A DNA stretch of 63,683 bases, filler included, from Octopus bimaculoides (Eukaryota): NCBI RefSeq assembly GCF_001194135.2. It is 5 parts of 4 records of this genome, joined end to end, with 100 filler letters (N's around TTAATTAATTAA, not from the genome) between each part and the next. Parts side by side here need not be neighbours in the genome. Positions count along the whole stretch, not along the records: positions 18,653 to 50,067 come from NC_068988.1; 4 more parts are not named here. One strand, 5' to 3'. The stretch's first letter is position 1. Each line of letters starts with the position of its first letter. Positions 37,024 to 49,816 of this stretch are shown piece after piece. Made by a program: the position numbers and the translations under genes. Below the pieces are notes generated by a model. It searched no databases. It was not told the DNA's origin and saw nothing but the letters and a program-made list of their open reading frames with translations.

Positions 37024-38716
37024 CGGGCCACAGAAAGCTAGCAAGAACCTCATGAAATGTAAACATAAACCGAACATCTCTTTTCTGGAGTTAAGGATGT
37101 TCCCTGGCTCGAGTGAGTCTTTTACCATTCTCGTGCGTTCAGCTATGCACAACTGACAATGCTTCGTCCTGTTGATGCAGGGGCCTAAGCTCTCGACTAT
37201 TTTCCATGAGATCGAGAATGGAATCCCATCGTCTCTCAGTTCCCAGACGTGGCTGGCCAGTGACGTTATGTATCTCCTTTCCGGAACTTTGAAAGAGGAC
37301 TTGTGGTTGGAAAGACGTTATTTAAAAGAGTTTCTGGAATATCCAATGTATCTCCGTGGGCATGTGTTTTCGGTGTGGTATTTACTGTTGTTGTTGTTGT
37401 TGTTGTTATTGCTGTTGCCACCGACATTGTTGTTGTTGGAGCTGGGATTGATTATATTGGCGTCGCTGGAGGTGGTGGTGGCGTTGGTAACTGTATTACC
37501 ATTGCCGGTTATGGTGGAGGTACTGTTGCTGTTATGGTGGTCTTCGTCATTGGTGGGGGAGTTGCCATTGAGTCTAGAGGTGTCATTAGCTGTGGTTCCG
37601 CTGGTGTTTCCACTAGGACCACTGTCACTGCTGCTGCTGTTATTTCTGTTATAGCTGGTAGTGGCACAGGACCTGTGGCTGTTGCTATAGGGGTTGTCAC
37701 ATTTGGTACTGTAGAACTTAGAGAAACTGTTGGTATTACTAGTGCTGATGGCGATGCTGCTGCTGTTGTTGTTGTTGGTGATGTTGCCGTCGGGGGAACT
37801 GCCAATGCTGTCGCTGGTGTTGTTATTGTTATTGTTGCTAATGTTATCAACTGTGGCGATGGTGGCAGTGTTGCTGGTTCTGTTCTCGTATGTACGGCTG
37901 CTACTGCTTCTACAGGTGGTATTGCTTGGGCTTGCTAGTATTTCGGTTTCATAGACGATCCCTTTGGTTTCGCAGTGGCCTCCTACCGAGCATCAGTTAC
38001 AGTCCCTGCATGAACATACTGCGTCTTCCTGTGGCTTAGGGGTGATAACTAAGATGCTCTTAATATCGAAGGTACAGCTAAACGAGACTCTGACGTTGTG
38101 CCTATTGAAAATGGGCCCGTACTTATAAGAAAAAGTGAAATGCTTATCTATTGATTTAAGGAATATACTATCCACGAGTGATTTTGTGTTAAGGGAGAAG
38201 GGCGGCAAACCAAATGGTATTTTTGCGGCGCTTCCTTCTGCGGTTGTTGGGTTCCGGCATATAGGAGATGCTGTCCCTAAATTCGCTGGCAGCTTGGGCC
38301 TCGTTGAAAATCACTTGGTTGGAGGAAAGGTTCATGATACTCTTGCTAACACCCTTTAGCAAGTTTTTGAACACGATGGGTGGGTGGTAGAAGGCTGTGC
38401 TGGTGTATGTTAGCCTATCGTTTGGTTTGCATTAGGGCCTGTATGTACCGGAGCCCAAGTCGAGCATGACGTCTAATCAGTCCGCAGTTGTGAGGTTGGT
38501 CTCTATGGGGATTTTTAATCCCATGGAGGTAAGATGCTGATTAAATCTTATCTAAACCTGTCAAATGTATGCCCGCTTGCTCCCCGAAAGATGGTTGCAC
38601 AGCCGGAAGTCGATAGCCATTAGCAAAGGGAGATAATCTCCAATTGTTGCCTTTGCGTACTTTTAAGAGGTCATGGGCCAACATGCTTTTGGGATCTGAC
38701 GATACGCCATAAAGCT

Positions 38717-38765
<49 letters not shown>

Positions 38766-38941
38766 TATACATACATAGTACTGCAAATATCAATATATAT
38801 ACATACGCATGTATATCATATGTAGTCGGACATAACATAATTGAGGATTGTCTTCTGAATATACACATAAATGTATGTATACTTGTATGACATACGTAAA
38901 TACATATGCACATATATGTAAGCATATACGGATACACGTGC

Positions 38942-38977
<36 letters not shown>

Positions 38978-39675
38978 GTGTGTATGTGTTTGTGTGTGTT
39001 TGTGTGTGTGTGAGTGTCTCTATGTACACATGCGCATCTATATATGGGTATGATCTTGGGTACCTCTGTATATATGTTTATATGTTAAAATTAATCTTCA
39101 ATGTTAATATATTCTCTACAACTATGAGTATGTATGTATGTATGTATGTATCTATTTATCTATCCATTTACATATATGTGCATATATGTCTACACACACA
39201 CACATTTAATATATACATAATGCATATAATATATAAATAACACATATATATATAAAGGTTTTACATATTCGTTTATATTTAAGGAAATTGTAACTTTTTG
39301 TAAAAGTAAGCGTTCGCAAACGTCTCGGTGAACATACAGACGTGTATGCTTGCTTGTAAAGCGTATGTTTGTATATTCTTCTCTGAGCGTACGCTATTAT
39401 ACAATTATGTAGGATGTAACATTTTATACAATTATTTACAATTATATATAATTATACATATATGTAAAAACAGAATTTCACATTTACATATATCTGTCTG
39501 TGAGTGGATTTTTAAAATCACTTTTAGCGTGCGACAAATTAACGGCTTTTGAGAAAGAACACTTGAACGTTCATTTTTTGCTATATGTTATGTGAAAATT
39601 CAAAATACTGCTTAATTTTATAAGTGCTTTGGCACAAAAGTTTAGGCCGTTGCGTCACATAATAACTTGGAGAGC

Positions 39676-39726
<51 letters not shown>

Positions 39727-39736
39727 NNNNNNNNNN

Positions 39737-39768
<32 letters not shown>

Positions 39769-40064
39769 ATGATAGTGTCTCGTGATCTGAAATAGACGGT
39801 TCTGGAATTCCTTGCTGAAAAGCATGCACAAATGGTTTGTTTATAGTAATCAAATGTATGTGTTGTACGTTTTCTCCTTCCCTTCATCAATTCAACGTTG
39901 CCCGAATAGGTACACAACGTACCATCTATCAAGTGGTTAAGTGATCGCAGAGCAACGTAAGATAAAATATTTTGTCCGAGAGCACACCACATCATTCACT
40001 ATAGGAACTGAAACTACAATCTCGCATGCAACTCACTCATCACTCGGCTAAGCGTACTCATGCG

Positions 40065-40520
40065 CGCGTGTGTATTGCTATTTAGTTTTATTTCATGATT
40101 TCTTGCCAATAGAGAAAGAGTTAGTTTCTAACCTAGATTCAAGGCTCCGTTATTGGAATTTCAACATCAACGTAGTATTTTTGTATGTATGTACATGTGC
40201 AGTATTTTGAGTCGGTACATGCGCAGATTTGTATGTATGTATGTATGTATGTATTTATGTATGTATGTATGTATGTTATTATTCAGTTTTATTTCAAGAT
40301 TTCTTGCCAATTGCGAAAGAGCCGGATTCTAACCTAGATCCAAGGATCCTTCATTGGAATTTCAACAATATCAACAGGGTATATTTGTATGTATATGGTC
40401 AAACCGGTATGTTTTGTTTTATGTATGTATTCTCATGCATATAGTTGTGTGTCTAAATATGCTCATATATACTTAAATGATAAACTTCTGGTAAGTTTTA
40501 CAGATTTTACATTTCCAGTG

Positions 40521-40553
<33 letters not shown>

Positions 40554-40665
40554 TGTATTATTGATTGATTGATATACAGATTTTATCAGGAAAAGGAAGT
40601 AGTCAGAATTTTGGATAATCTTTTATTAGCGCTTTGGTCTCATTCATCGAGACTCCTCAGATATT
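40065..40665 (-). mobile_element. (GTAT)n-containing interspersed repeat with an internal ~100-bp duplication and a degenerate hammerhead-like motif
   Basis: ~40075-40172 is repeated at ~40275-40375; ~40410-40520 recurs at ~44255-44362; minus strand CTGAGGA-GTCTC gatgaat GAGAC-CAAAGC at 40660-40631 (GAAAC decayed). Confidence 0.5.
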
Positions 40666-40743
40666 AATTCTGGGGAGCAGAGCATGTTATCTGTAAGAAC
40701 TTTATTTTTTTCTCTCCTGTTAAACAACAAGGCAGTCATCACT

Positions 40744-41663
40744 TCACGTGGGTCTATTTCTGGTGGCATCTGTCACCTTTACACGGGAAGTGCGCCTCCT
40801 CATGTAGGTTGATAGAAGCCCCATCTCCTTTGTTTTCAGGGGGCTCACAGAGTACCCGTGGGCCTTCTCCTCGGTTGCGAATCTGACTTCGATTGTCGCA
40901 TATGCCTTTCTCCTTGCGATATATCCAATGTCCTTCCACTTAAGGGCCAAGCATTTTTCTATTATGTCCCTTTTGAAATGTTTGAACCGCTTGTTCTCGG
41001 GACAGTAGAATTTAAATATAACAGTTTTTCTTTGTATCTCTATTGCATTGGACGTGGGTGATATCTTAGTATCACTGTCCTCTTCCTTCATTCTTTCGAA
41101 GTATTCCTTCAGTTTTCCGACTGGGGTTTCAATGGTTTCAGTTGCCACTGCGGCAACTGCCGAAAATGTTTTTACAGTGTTGGCACCTCCACCAACATTA
41201 ACACCACTCTCTTCGAGAGTGCATTTTTCTTTAATAATTTCGACGGACATATTCAGTCGAAATTAATTCAATACAAAAATAGAGCCTACAACAGCTTTTC
41301 AAAGTTTACAAAAAAATGTTCAACAGAAGATATTGCTCTCAAAGTGGAAGCCTATAATAAATTTTCCTCTAATAGAGGATAATATCCAAAATCTCTCCTC
41401 CGCTAGGGGCGGGGAACAAAAACAAAGTCTGAAACGCCTTAAGTTCGAATTTATACACAAAATTCCCCCCCAAAAAGCAATGCCACAATGGCCACAGAAA
41501 TATATCAAACAGTTTCTATTTCCCGGTATACGGGGAGTAGTAAAAATAAATACAGTTCAACAAATACAACAACGATAACAATGCAAAAAAAAAAAAAAAA
41601 CAGAATCCAACAATAGCAAAACGCTTACCAACACAAAAAAAAACATGATCACGTCGTACGACC
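40744..41663 (-). mobile_element. Tx1/L1-like LINE 5' UTR plus ORF1 N-terminal fragment (ORF 40744-41250)
   Basis: ATIEVRFATEE.A...S..PL...LLSTYMRRRTSRVKV aligns by eye with ORF1 of the 52930-57847 LINE (VTIEVRFDSKE...PTYLGRRVTKIK). Confidence 0.7.
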
Positions 41664-41703
41664 GGAAGCAAGCTTCTTACCATGCAGCCACTCCTGCGCC
41701 TAT
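41664..41703 (-). mobile_element. SINE family B head only, fused to the LINE 5' end
   Basis: ATAGGCGCAGGAGTGGCTGCATGGTAAGAAGCTTGCTTCC then a switch to LINE sequence. Confidence 0.75.
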
Positions 41704-42589
41704 ACCGTGTGTATAAATTTAATTACTTTAATGCATAGAAATACATTCTTATATACATATACTCATCTACACACAAAGACATATGCATAGATACACACAT
41801 GCACGCACACACACATCAAAAATCTCCGATAGATAGCGGACCGTTATATATGTTATATATACATTATATACGCACATACATACATGGTGATAGCAATAAA
41901 TATTACATACATTATCAGTAAAAACAAAAAGATTGTTTTCATTGTCCGTTTCTCTTTTATATACTACACATTTTGTCTAAGTGTCGTATCAGAACCATGT
42001 AATAAATAATATCATGAGATATAACACTTAATAGACAGATCCTATCATTTTATTGTCCTCATATCAAATTTTAAATCTCTATGTATGAGGATTGTACATG
42101 CTTTTATGCATATAGGCGGATCTTGGTTTGTTTGCCGTTTTTGCCTTTAAGGTTTCGAATGAATGATATTAAAACATATAGGACTAAATATCTAACCACC
42201 ATCCATATATTATTTTATTTTGTGTTATCCTCTTAATGTTTTTACCATATATTTATATATCTGTTCGTAGTCAAAAATTTATGTATGTTTATGTGTGCAT
42301 GTCCATGTACACACATGAACTCATGCATATACTTATCTTCACCATATACTTATGCATATACTTATCTTCACCATATACACATGCATATAATTATCTTCAC
42401 GTGAAAGAAAGAGAGGTGGGAGAGAGAGAAAAAGTGTCTGCTGCTCTTTTACTGTTTTTCATTGGTTTCAGTCACTGACTACGGCCATACTTATTTCAAT
42501 CAGATACTTATTTTACCGATATTTTTATTGAGTGTCTACGCTGCATTTCAGATACAACGCCGTGAGATATACACAAATACAGACATACA

Positions 42590-42629
<40 letters not shown>

Positions 42630-43069
42630 NNNNNNNNNNNNNNNNNNNNNNNNNNNNNNNNNNNNNNNNNNNNNNNNNNNNNNNNNNNNNNNNNNNNNNN
42701 NNNNNNNNNNNNNNNNNNNNNNNNNNNNNNNNNNNNNNNNNNNNNNNNNNNNNNNNNNNNNNNNNNNNNNNNNNNNNNNNNNNNNNNNNNNNNNNNNNNN
42801 NNNNNNNNNNNNNNNNNNNNNNNNNNNNNNNNNNNNNNNNNNNNNNNNNNNNNNNNNNNNNNNNNNNNNNNNNNNNNNNNNNNNNNNNNNNNNNNNNNNN
42901 NNNNNNNNNNNNNNNNNNNNNNNNNNNNNNNNNNNNNNNNNNNNNNNNNNNNNNNNNNNNNNNNNNNNNNNNNNNNNNNNNNNNNNNNNNNNNNNNNNNN
43001 NNNNNNNNNNNNNNNNNNNNNNNTATATATATACATATGCATATATGGCTACAGAAGAACAAGAAATAC

Positions 43070-43605
43070 GAAAACAAATGAGTTCAATATGCAAACAACG
43101 AGAGAAACAAATGGAAAATAGGACAAGTAACACAAAGAATGACCCATCGTCAGTTGTCGCTTGTCTATCTACTCCTCATTTCAAGCATTGAACGACAATA
43201 TGGATTAATGGAGAGTCAAAGCTGGGAACAAATACAGGAGAGTGGAGACATACAAGGAAACCGAACGAAAACAAACATGGTGGGTCATTAGACCAAAACG
43301 AGGGTAGAATAGCGAACCCTGGAGAAATGTTTTCTTTGAAAAGAGAAAAAATAGAAGAGTGAGACAGAATAAGTCCAGTTCTTAGGACAGTCCTCAAGGA
43401 ATAGAAAGATAATCACGTGAGGAAAAGAAAGATGGACGATGGTATAGTGTAAGCAATGAGAGAGAGAAAGAGAGAGGAGAGAGAGACAGAAAACGGTGAA
43501 GTGAAGAGAAAGATGGGGAAAAACAGTATAGAATAGAGTCGCATCAAAAAGATTAAAATAAACTTACTTGGAAATGGATGCTTGGCGTTCAATCAAATAA
43601 TAATG

Positions 43606-43648
<43 letters not shown>

Positions 43649-43677
43649 TAACAATAATATATATTTATATACATACA

Positions 43678-43730
<53 letters not shown>

Positions 43731-43900
43731 GTGGGGTATGAGTACAGAACGCCCCTAACAGTAAACAATATGAAATATGAAAACAAATGAGAGAAAAACG
43801 AGAGAAACAAATGGAAAATAGGACAAGTAACACAAAAAGGACCCTTCATCAGTTGTCGGCTGTCTATCTAATCCTCATTTCGAGCATGGAACGACAAAAT
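43070..43900 (-). repeat. Two ~125-bp direct repeats (43070-43200 and 43780-43900), possibly pLTR-like
   Basis: AACGAGAGAAACAAATGGAAAATAGGACAAGTAACACAAA...TCAGTTGTCG..TGTCTATCTA.TCCTCATTTC.AGCAT.GAACGACAA is present twice; the minus strand has CTGACGATGGG / CTGATGAAGGG. Confidence 0.75.
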
Positions 43901-43949
43901 AAGTATCAAAATAAGTACCAAAAAATCTTTGGGATGTAGTTAACACAGA

Positions 43950-44160
43950 CAAATCCACATTTGGAACTTGAGGAAAGTCTTGCATATTTTTACTGTTGCA
44001 CACACAGATTGGGCTTGTAATGTACGAATCAGCCGATCTATGTATCTTTCTGAAAATCCCAGTTTATCCAGATTCTCCTTAACGCATATACTATCAAAAC
44101 CTAGTGTTCCAATTATTATTGTCATAAATATGAATTCATAGCCTGGATATAGAAGCTGGA
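43950..44160 (-). mobile_element. REL-endonuclease non-LTR retrotransposon C-terminal remnant
   Basis: LYPGYEFIFMTIIIGTLGFDSICVKENLDKLGF...RTLQAQSVCATVKICKTFLKF resembles the post-REL tail (PIIIGALG). Confidence 0.6.
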
Positions 44161-44978
44161 GGTTTCGATGCGGTTGTCCGTATGTATGTATGTATGTATG
44201 TATGTATGTATGTATGTATGTATGTATGTATACGTACAGTTTTGTATGCTTTGCTTTATGTATGTATTCTCATGCATATACTTGCATATCTAGACATGCA
44301 CATATATATTTAAATGATAAACTTCTGGAAAGTTTTACAGATTTTTTCTTGTTCCAGTGATGGCTTGGATATGTAGTGTTCGGTATGCATGCGTAACCAA
44401 AATTTCGAGCCACTCTAAAATAATACTAAAATCTTGAAAAGCACAATTTCTATACATTACAATAAAAATGTCGCTGTTATTGTTCGTTCTAAACACCATC
44501 CTTACCTAAAACTACACAACACTCCCNNNNNNNNNNNNNNNNNNNNNNNNNNNNNNNNNNNNNNNNNNNNNNNNNNNNNNNNNNNNNNNNNNNNNNNNNN
44601 NNNNNNNNNNNNNNNNNNNNNNNNNNNNNNNNNNNNNNNNNNNNNNNNNNNNNNNNNNNNNNNNNNNNNNNNNNNNNNNNNNNNNNNNNNNNNNNNNNNN
44701 NNNNNNNNNNNNNNNNNNNNNNNNNNNNNNNNNNNNNNNNNNNNNNNNNNNNNNNNNNNNNNNNNNNNNNNNNNNNNNNNNNNNNNAAGTAAATATTGTT
44801 TTGTCAATAAAAGCGAATTTAAATGATTTCCCATTTCGCTATTTTGTAGGTTCTGATATTTAAAATTTAATTTACTTCTTTATTTTTTGTTTCCTTTTCA
44901 TATTTTAGTGCGTTTAAGTTTCGTCCTTTCTTTAAAATTAAGGAAGGAAACACTGGAAACTGCTGTAGTCATTACATG

Positions 44979-45014
<36 letters not shown>

Positions 45015-45479
45015 TGAGTGTGTGCGTGTATGTGTGTGTGCTTGTATGAGTGTATGTGTGTGTGGTGTATGTTGTGTGTGTGTATGTTTGTATGTGTTGT
45101 GTTGTGTGTGTTTGTGTGTGCACGTGTGCATCCATGCGTGTGTGTTTGTGTGTGTGTGCTGTGTGTGTGTTGTGTGTATGTGTTTGTGTGTGTTTGTTGT
45201 GTGTGTGTTTGTTGCGTGTGTGTGTGTTTGTTTGAGTGTGAATGCGCACGCGCGTAAGCATGTGTGTGTGTGTATGTGTGTATGTGTGTGCATGTGTGTA
45301 TGTATGCATCTTGCTTGTACTTGTTTTAGTTTTTGGACTGCATCAATGCTGGGGCACCTCCCTGAAGGAGTTTTGTCGAATAAATCTGGACCAGTTCGTA
45401 TTCTTAAGCGTTTTACTTATTCTATACAAGGCTGTTACAACAAGCAAGTGAAAGACCACAACTTCTGAAGATTGTGAAA

Positions 45480-45615
45480 TCAGAAAAAAAAATAGCTCCT
45501 GTATTATGACCATATTCAAAGAAACAGTGGGGTTGGAAAACATTATCGTTGAAGGAAGAGTAGAAGGCATTCGATCAAGAGGTAGGCAAAGAAAGCAGTG
45601 GATGAAGCACTAGAT
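45480..45615 (+). mobile_element. RTE-like LINE 3' coding end
   Basis: LLYYDHIQRNSGLENIIVEGRVEGIRSRGRQRKQWM (cf. YFGHIMR...EGKVEGKRxRGRPRxRW). Confidence 0.7.
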
Positions 45616-46609
45616 TAACCCATTAAGCAAAATAAGCAGACGCTTAGGGCATCAAGGGAAGGAGGGGGCATCACAGAAATGAAAATGGTTTACGGTACGA
45701 AAGAAATCATTTTAAACTTGTTAAAATAATATTCGTAATGCATAAATAATACTAAATATAGAAGTAGAAGTATTAGGTAAAATTAATTATAACGATATAA
45801 TCGAATACTTTTGTAATTAAAAAAGAAAAAAAATCCAAGGAGAAAACTTTTCAGATATAAATAAAGTGGAAGCATACAAAAATAAACATTATTGTCCATC
45901 TTACTGTGAATTTTTTTTCATTTTGAAAAATAGATATTTATTTTATGGTTTATTATCGTTTACATTTTGAATTGTTTTTGTTTACATTTAAAACCATTTA
46001 CATATACCTGAGGGCACCAAAAACCTTTTAAGTGCTAAGGGCCTCTTTGGGTCTTAATCCGGCCCTGAGTGGATGGACAGTATCAAGAGCTGGTTGGACA
46101 AAAGTGGCAAGGTAACTGGAGACCTTGCACTTAATCGGGAAGACTTTCGTTATAGTGCCATCAATACGCTGCAGGCGTACGAGACATAACGAGGGGCTAA
46201 TTCTATCAGTCACTTTTTTGCCGAATCGTTATGTGTTGGGAACATAAGCAAACCAGCATCGGATGCTATGAAATGGTAAGGGACCGAAATTCGTCTGGGA
46301 GTAATGAAATGGCACATACTTGGAATCTTAGAATTTTTGTTTTAAATGTTTTATTCGTGAATATATTCATCCGAGAAAAGAAGGGTTTCTTTTTTTTTAC
46401 ATGATGTAGCGATTCTATTCAACAATAAAAAAAAAAACACGTCTGAAACAGCTGTGATAAGTGAACCACTATCTACCTGTTGTTATTTGTTTTATATATA
46501 TGTATAAATTGAGAATAATAAGGTAGTCAGAATGTTGGATGATCATATATATTTATATTTACATTTTCAGCGCTTTCTTCCGTTATCAGATTTATCAAAA
46601 AAGTGGTTT

Positions 46610-47289
46610 ATATTAAGTTTGGTTGGCCTTTTTATATAAAATTGAAAGTTTGCTTGTCCTTTTTATGTAGAAAGGCCAAGCGAACTTGCTATAAACAACG
46701 TTTTTGACAAATTCCATTACGGAAGAAAGCGCTAAAAATGTAAGGTTCTTCTTTCTATTTGGTGGGATTGCAAAGGAGTCATCCACTTTGAGTTGCTACC
46801 AACTAATGCAACAGTCACTGCTCAAATCTACTGTCAGCAATTAGAGTGTTTGAATGCTGCTCTGAAGAATAAAAGGCCTGCTTTAGTGAATCGAAAGGGA
46901 GAAATGTTTCATCAGGACAATGCAAGACCCCACACTGCAAAAATCACATCACAGAAGATCGAGGAACTTGGTGGGAGAAAATTGCTCATCTTCATTATTC
47001 TCCAGACCTTGCTCCTTCAGATTACCATTTTGTCCGTAGTTTACAGAATCATCTGGGTGAATTAACTCTCAAAACAACTTAAGAAGTCGAAACTGACCTT
47101 TCAGAATTCTTTTCTTCGAAACCGAAAGAGTCTTTTACTCATGAGATTAAAAAGCTAACGAGTAGATGGAAAGATGTCATAGATAATCATGGGAACTATA
47201 CCAACGATTAAGTTTCATTAAAATGTAAGATTTGATCACTTGTTTTCCTTATTTAAAATCCGGACATTACTTATGGGCGGACCTGATAT
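46610..47289 (+). mobile_element. Internally deleted mariner (DD34D-type) transposon
   Basis: KVLLSIWWDCKGVIHFELL...FHQDNARPHTA...YSPDLAPSDYHF (frameshifted); 3' TIR CGGACATTACTTATGGGCGGACCTGATA followed by TA; 5' TIR decayed. Confidence 0.88.
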
Positions 47290-47446
47290 ATGTTGCCTCC
47301 AATAGCAAAGAGCACGAGCCATATTTTTCTCACCAACCCCTCTGATGTGTGCTGAGAAGTTTTTGTAACAAATTCTCGTGTAAGAAAATGATTCGTAAAT
47401 AGACTGTTATGAGACTATTATGTTGTATTGTATAAATAATTAATAT

Positions 47447-47514
<68 letters not shown>

Positions 47515-48494
47515 CACACATACATCTTTAGAAGAACTGAATATTACCATTTGGGATATTTTACATACTTCGTTAAATTGAGCCTCTATTCTATATTATC
47601 TATATTCTATATTTTAATTTTCTTATCCAGTTGTCTGTTCTATGTTGGTTTATCTTTTATATGTGGCCGTTTATTTAAAGTCACATAGTCTGTTCTACAT
47701 ATATAAGTAATTTGTCATGAAATCTATTTAAATTTGTAATAGAAGTGTGTATCAGAATACTTTATTTTGTCAGGTGTTTTTGCATATTGCTTATAGCATC
47801 CCTTAATCTATGTTGGTTTTAAGCGAGATGCTTTTAAACCACTGCCTAACACTCATGAATAATTACTCTGCTCTGGTCTAAGCAATTCGTCAAGTTAATA
47901 TCATTCCTATCACCAACACTTTGTTTAGCTATTGTGGGATTTTACCGAATAGGTAGATTTGATGCCCCTGCAAAAAATTGTGACAATAATTAGAAATGTC
48001 TATGCTATTAACGTTGTTATCCTTACGTTGATAATGCTATAACTATTGTTTTTAATACTATCATTATTACTATTAATACCCCTACTATTACTTTTCTCTG
48101 TTTACACTATTTCTTAGTAAATTGTGACATATTCTATAGCCACGATTTCTAATTTCGTCAACTAATATGCTGTTATATATTTTGGTATTGTCTACATGGT
48201 TCAGTGTAAGATGTACTGTTTACATTTGTTTCCAGCATCATTTCATAGATCACCAATATCAGATCAAGAACAGCTTCGGATAACTTCAAATTTATTTATT
48301 TTGTGAATTGTATCTTTTGCTCTGTTGTTGTACTACGATCGTTTTTGTTTTACATATTTTAAAAAGACAAAAATAACTGTTCGTAGCTCTCTCTATATAT
48401 CTGTTAATAATTGTCCTAGAAAAGAACTCATCAAATAAAATATCAAATATCAAATTTGAGGAATCTTCTTATATTTTTCAAGATGGTAAACACA

Positions 48495-49232
<738 letters not shown>

Positions 49233-49267
49233 TGATTATAATAATTGTTGTTGTTGTTGTTGTTATT

Positions 49268-49690
49268 AAGAGGGCGAGCTGGCAGAAACATTAGCAAAAG
49301 GCGGCGAGTTGGCAGAAACGTTAGCACGCCGGGCGAAATGTTTAGCGGTATTTCGTTTGCCGTTACGTTTTGAGTTAAAATTTCGCCGAAGTCGACTTTG
49401 CCTTTCATCCTTTCGGGGTCGATAAATAAGGTACCAATTATGCACTGGGGTCGATATAATCGATTTAATCTCTTTGTCTGTCCTTGTCTGTCCCCTCTGT
49501 GTGTAGCCCCTTGTGGGCAGTAAAGAAATAGGTATTTCGTCTACCGCTACGTTCTGAGTTAAAATTTTGTCGAGGTTGACTTTGCCTTTCATCCTTTCAG
49601 GATCGCTGAATTAAGTACCAGTGAAACACTGGGGTCGATGTAGTCGACTAGTCCTCTCTCTCAAAATTTCAGGTGTTCTGCCTACAGCAG
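49268..49690 (+). mobile_element. Composite SINE family A locus: duplicated 30-bp head, full copy (to 49530), then a 5'-truncated copy with a different tail
   Basis: GGCGAGCTGGCAGAAACATTAGCA is followed directly by GGCGAGTTGGCAGAAACGTTAGCA; the core occurs twice with different 3' tails. Confidence 0.88.
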
Positions 49691-49740
49691 AAATGATTAT
49701 TATTATTATTATCATTAACAACATCAACAACAACAACAAC

Positions 49741-49816
<76 letters not shown>

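Larger units (their letters stand above)
36825..38722 (-). mobile_element. 5'-truncated Penelope-like element with a 3' pLTR and an inverted 5' pLTR
   Basis: RT end IFRGASG...GLKIPIETNL...LDVMLDLGSGTYRP*CKPN...HPPIVFKN; linker TIWF/PPFS...FNRHNVRVSFSC; GIY-YIG CSCRDC...GIVY...YIG...NHKSSF...CQLC...LNSRKE ending at TAG 36994-36996; inverted repeats 36866-37022 and 38588-38722. Confidence 0.93.

Noticed and set aside
37172-37938. Plus-strand hydrophobic ORFs of 160 and 211 aa that look like membrane or Gly/Val-rich proteins
   Set aside because: Antisense shadows of the N/S/T-rich Penelope insert on the - strand.
42440-42500. Apparent strong + strand acceptor TTTTCATTGGTTTCAG
   Set aside because: Matches the reverse-complemented tail of SINE family B.
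44887-45468. His/Thr- and Cys/Val-rich ORFs (HTHTH, CVCVC, YIYIY, ERERE) throughout the window
   Set aside because: Translations of dinucleotide microsatellites, with no domain content.
47800-48000. QSRVIIHEC resembling a PIF1 Walker B (Helitron) motif
   Set aside because: A single weak motif with poor flanking match.
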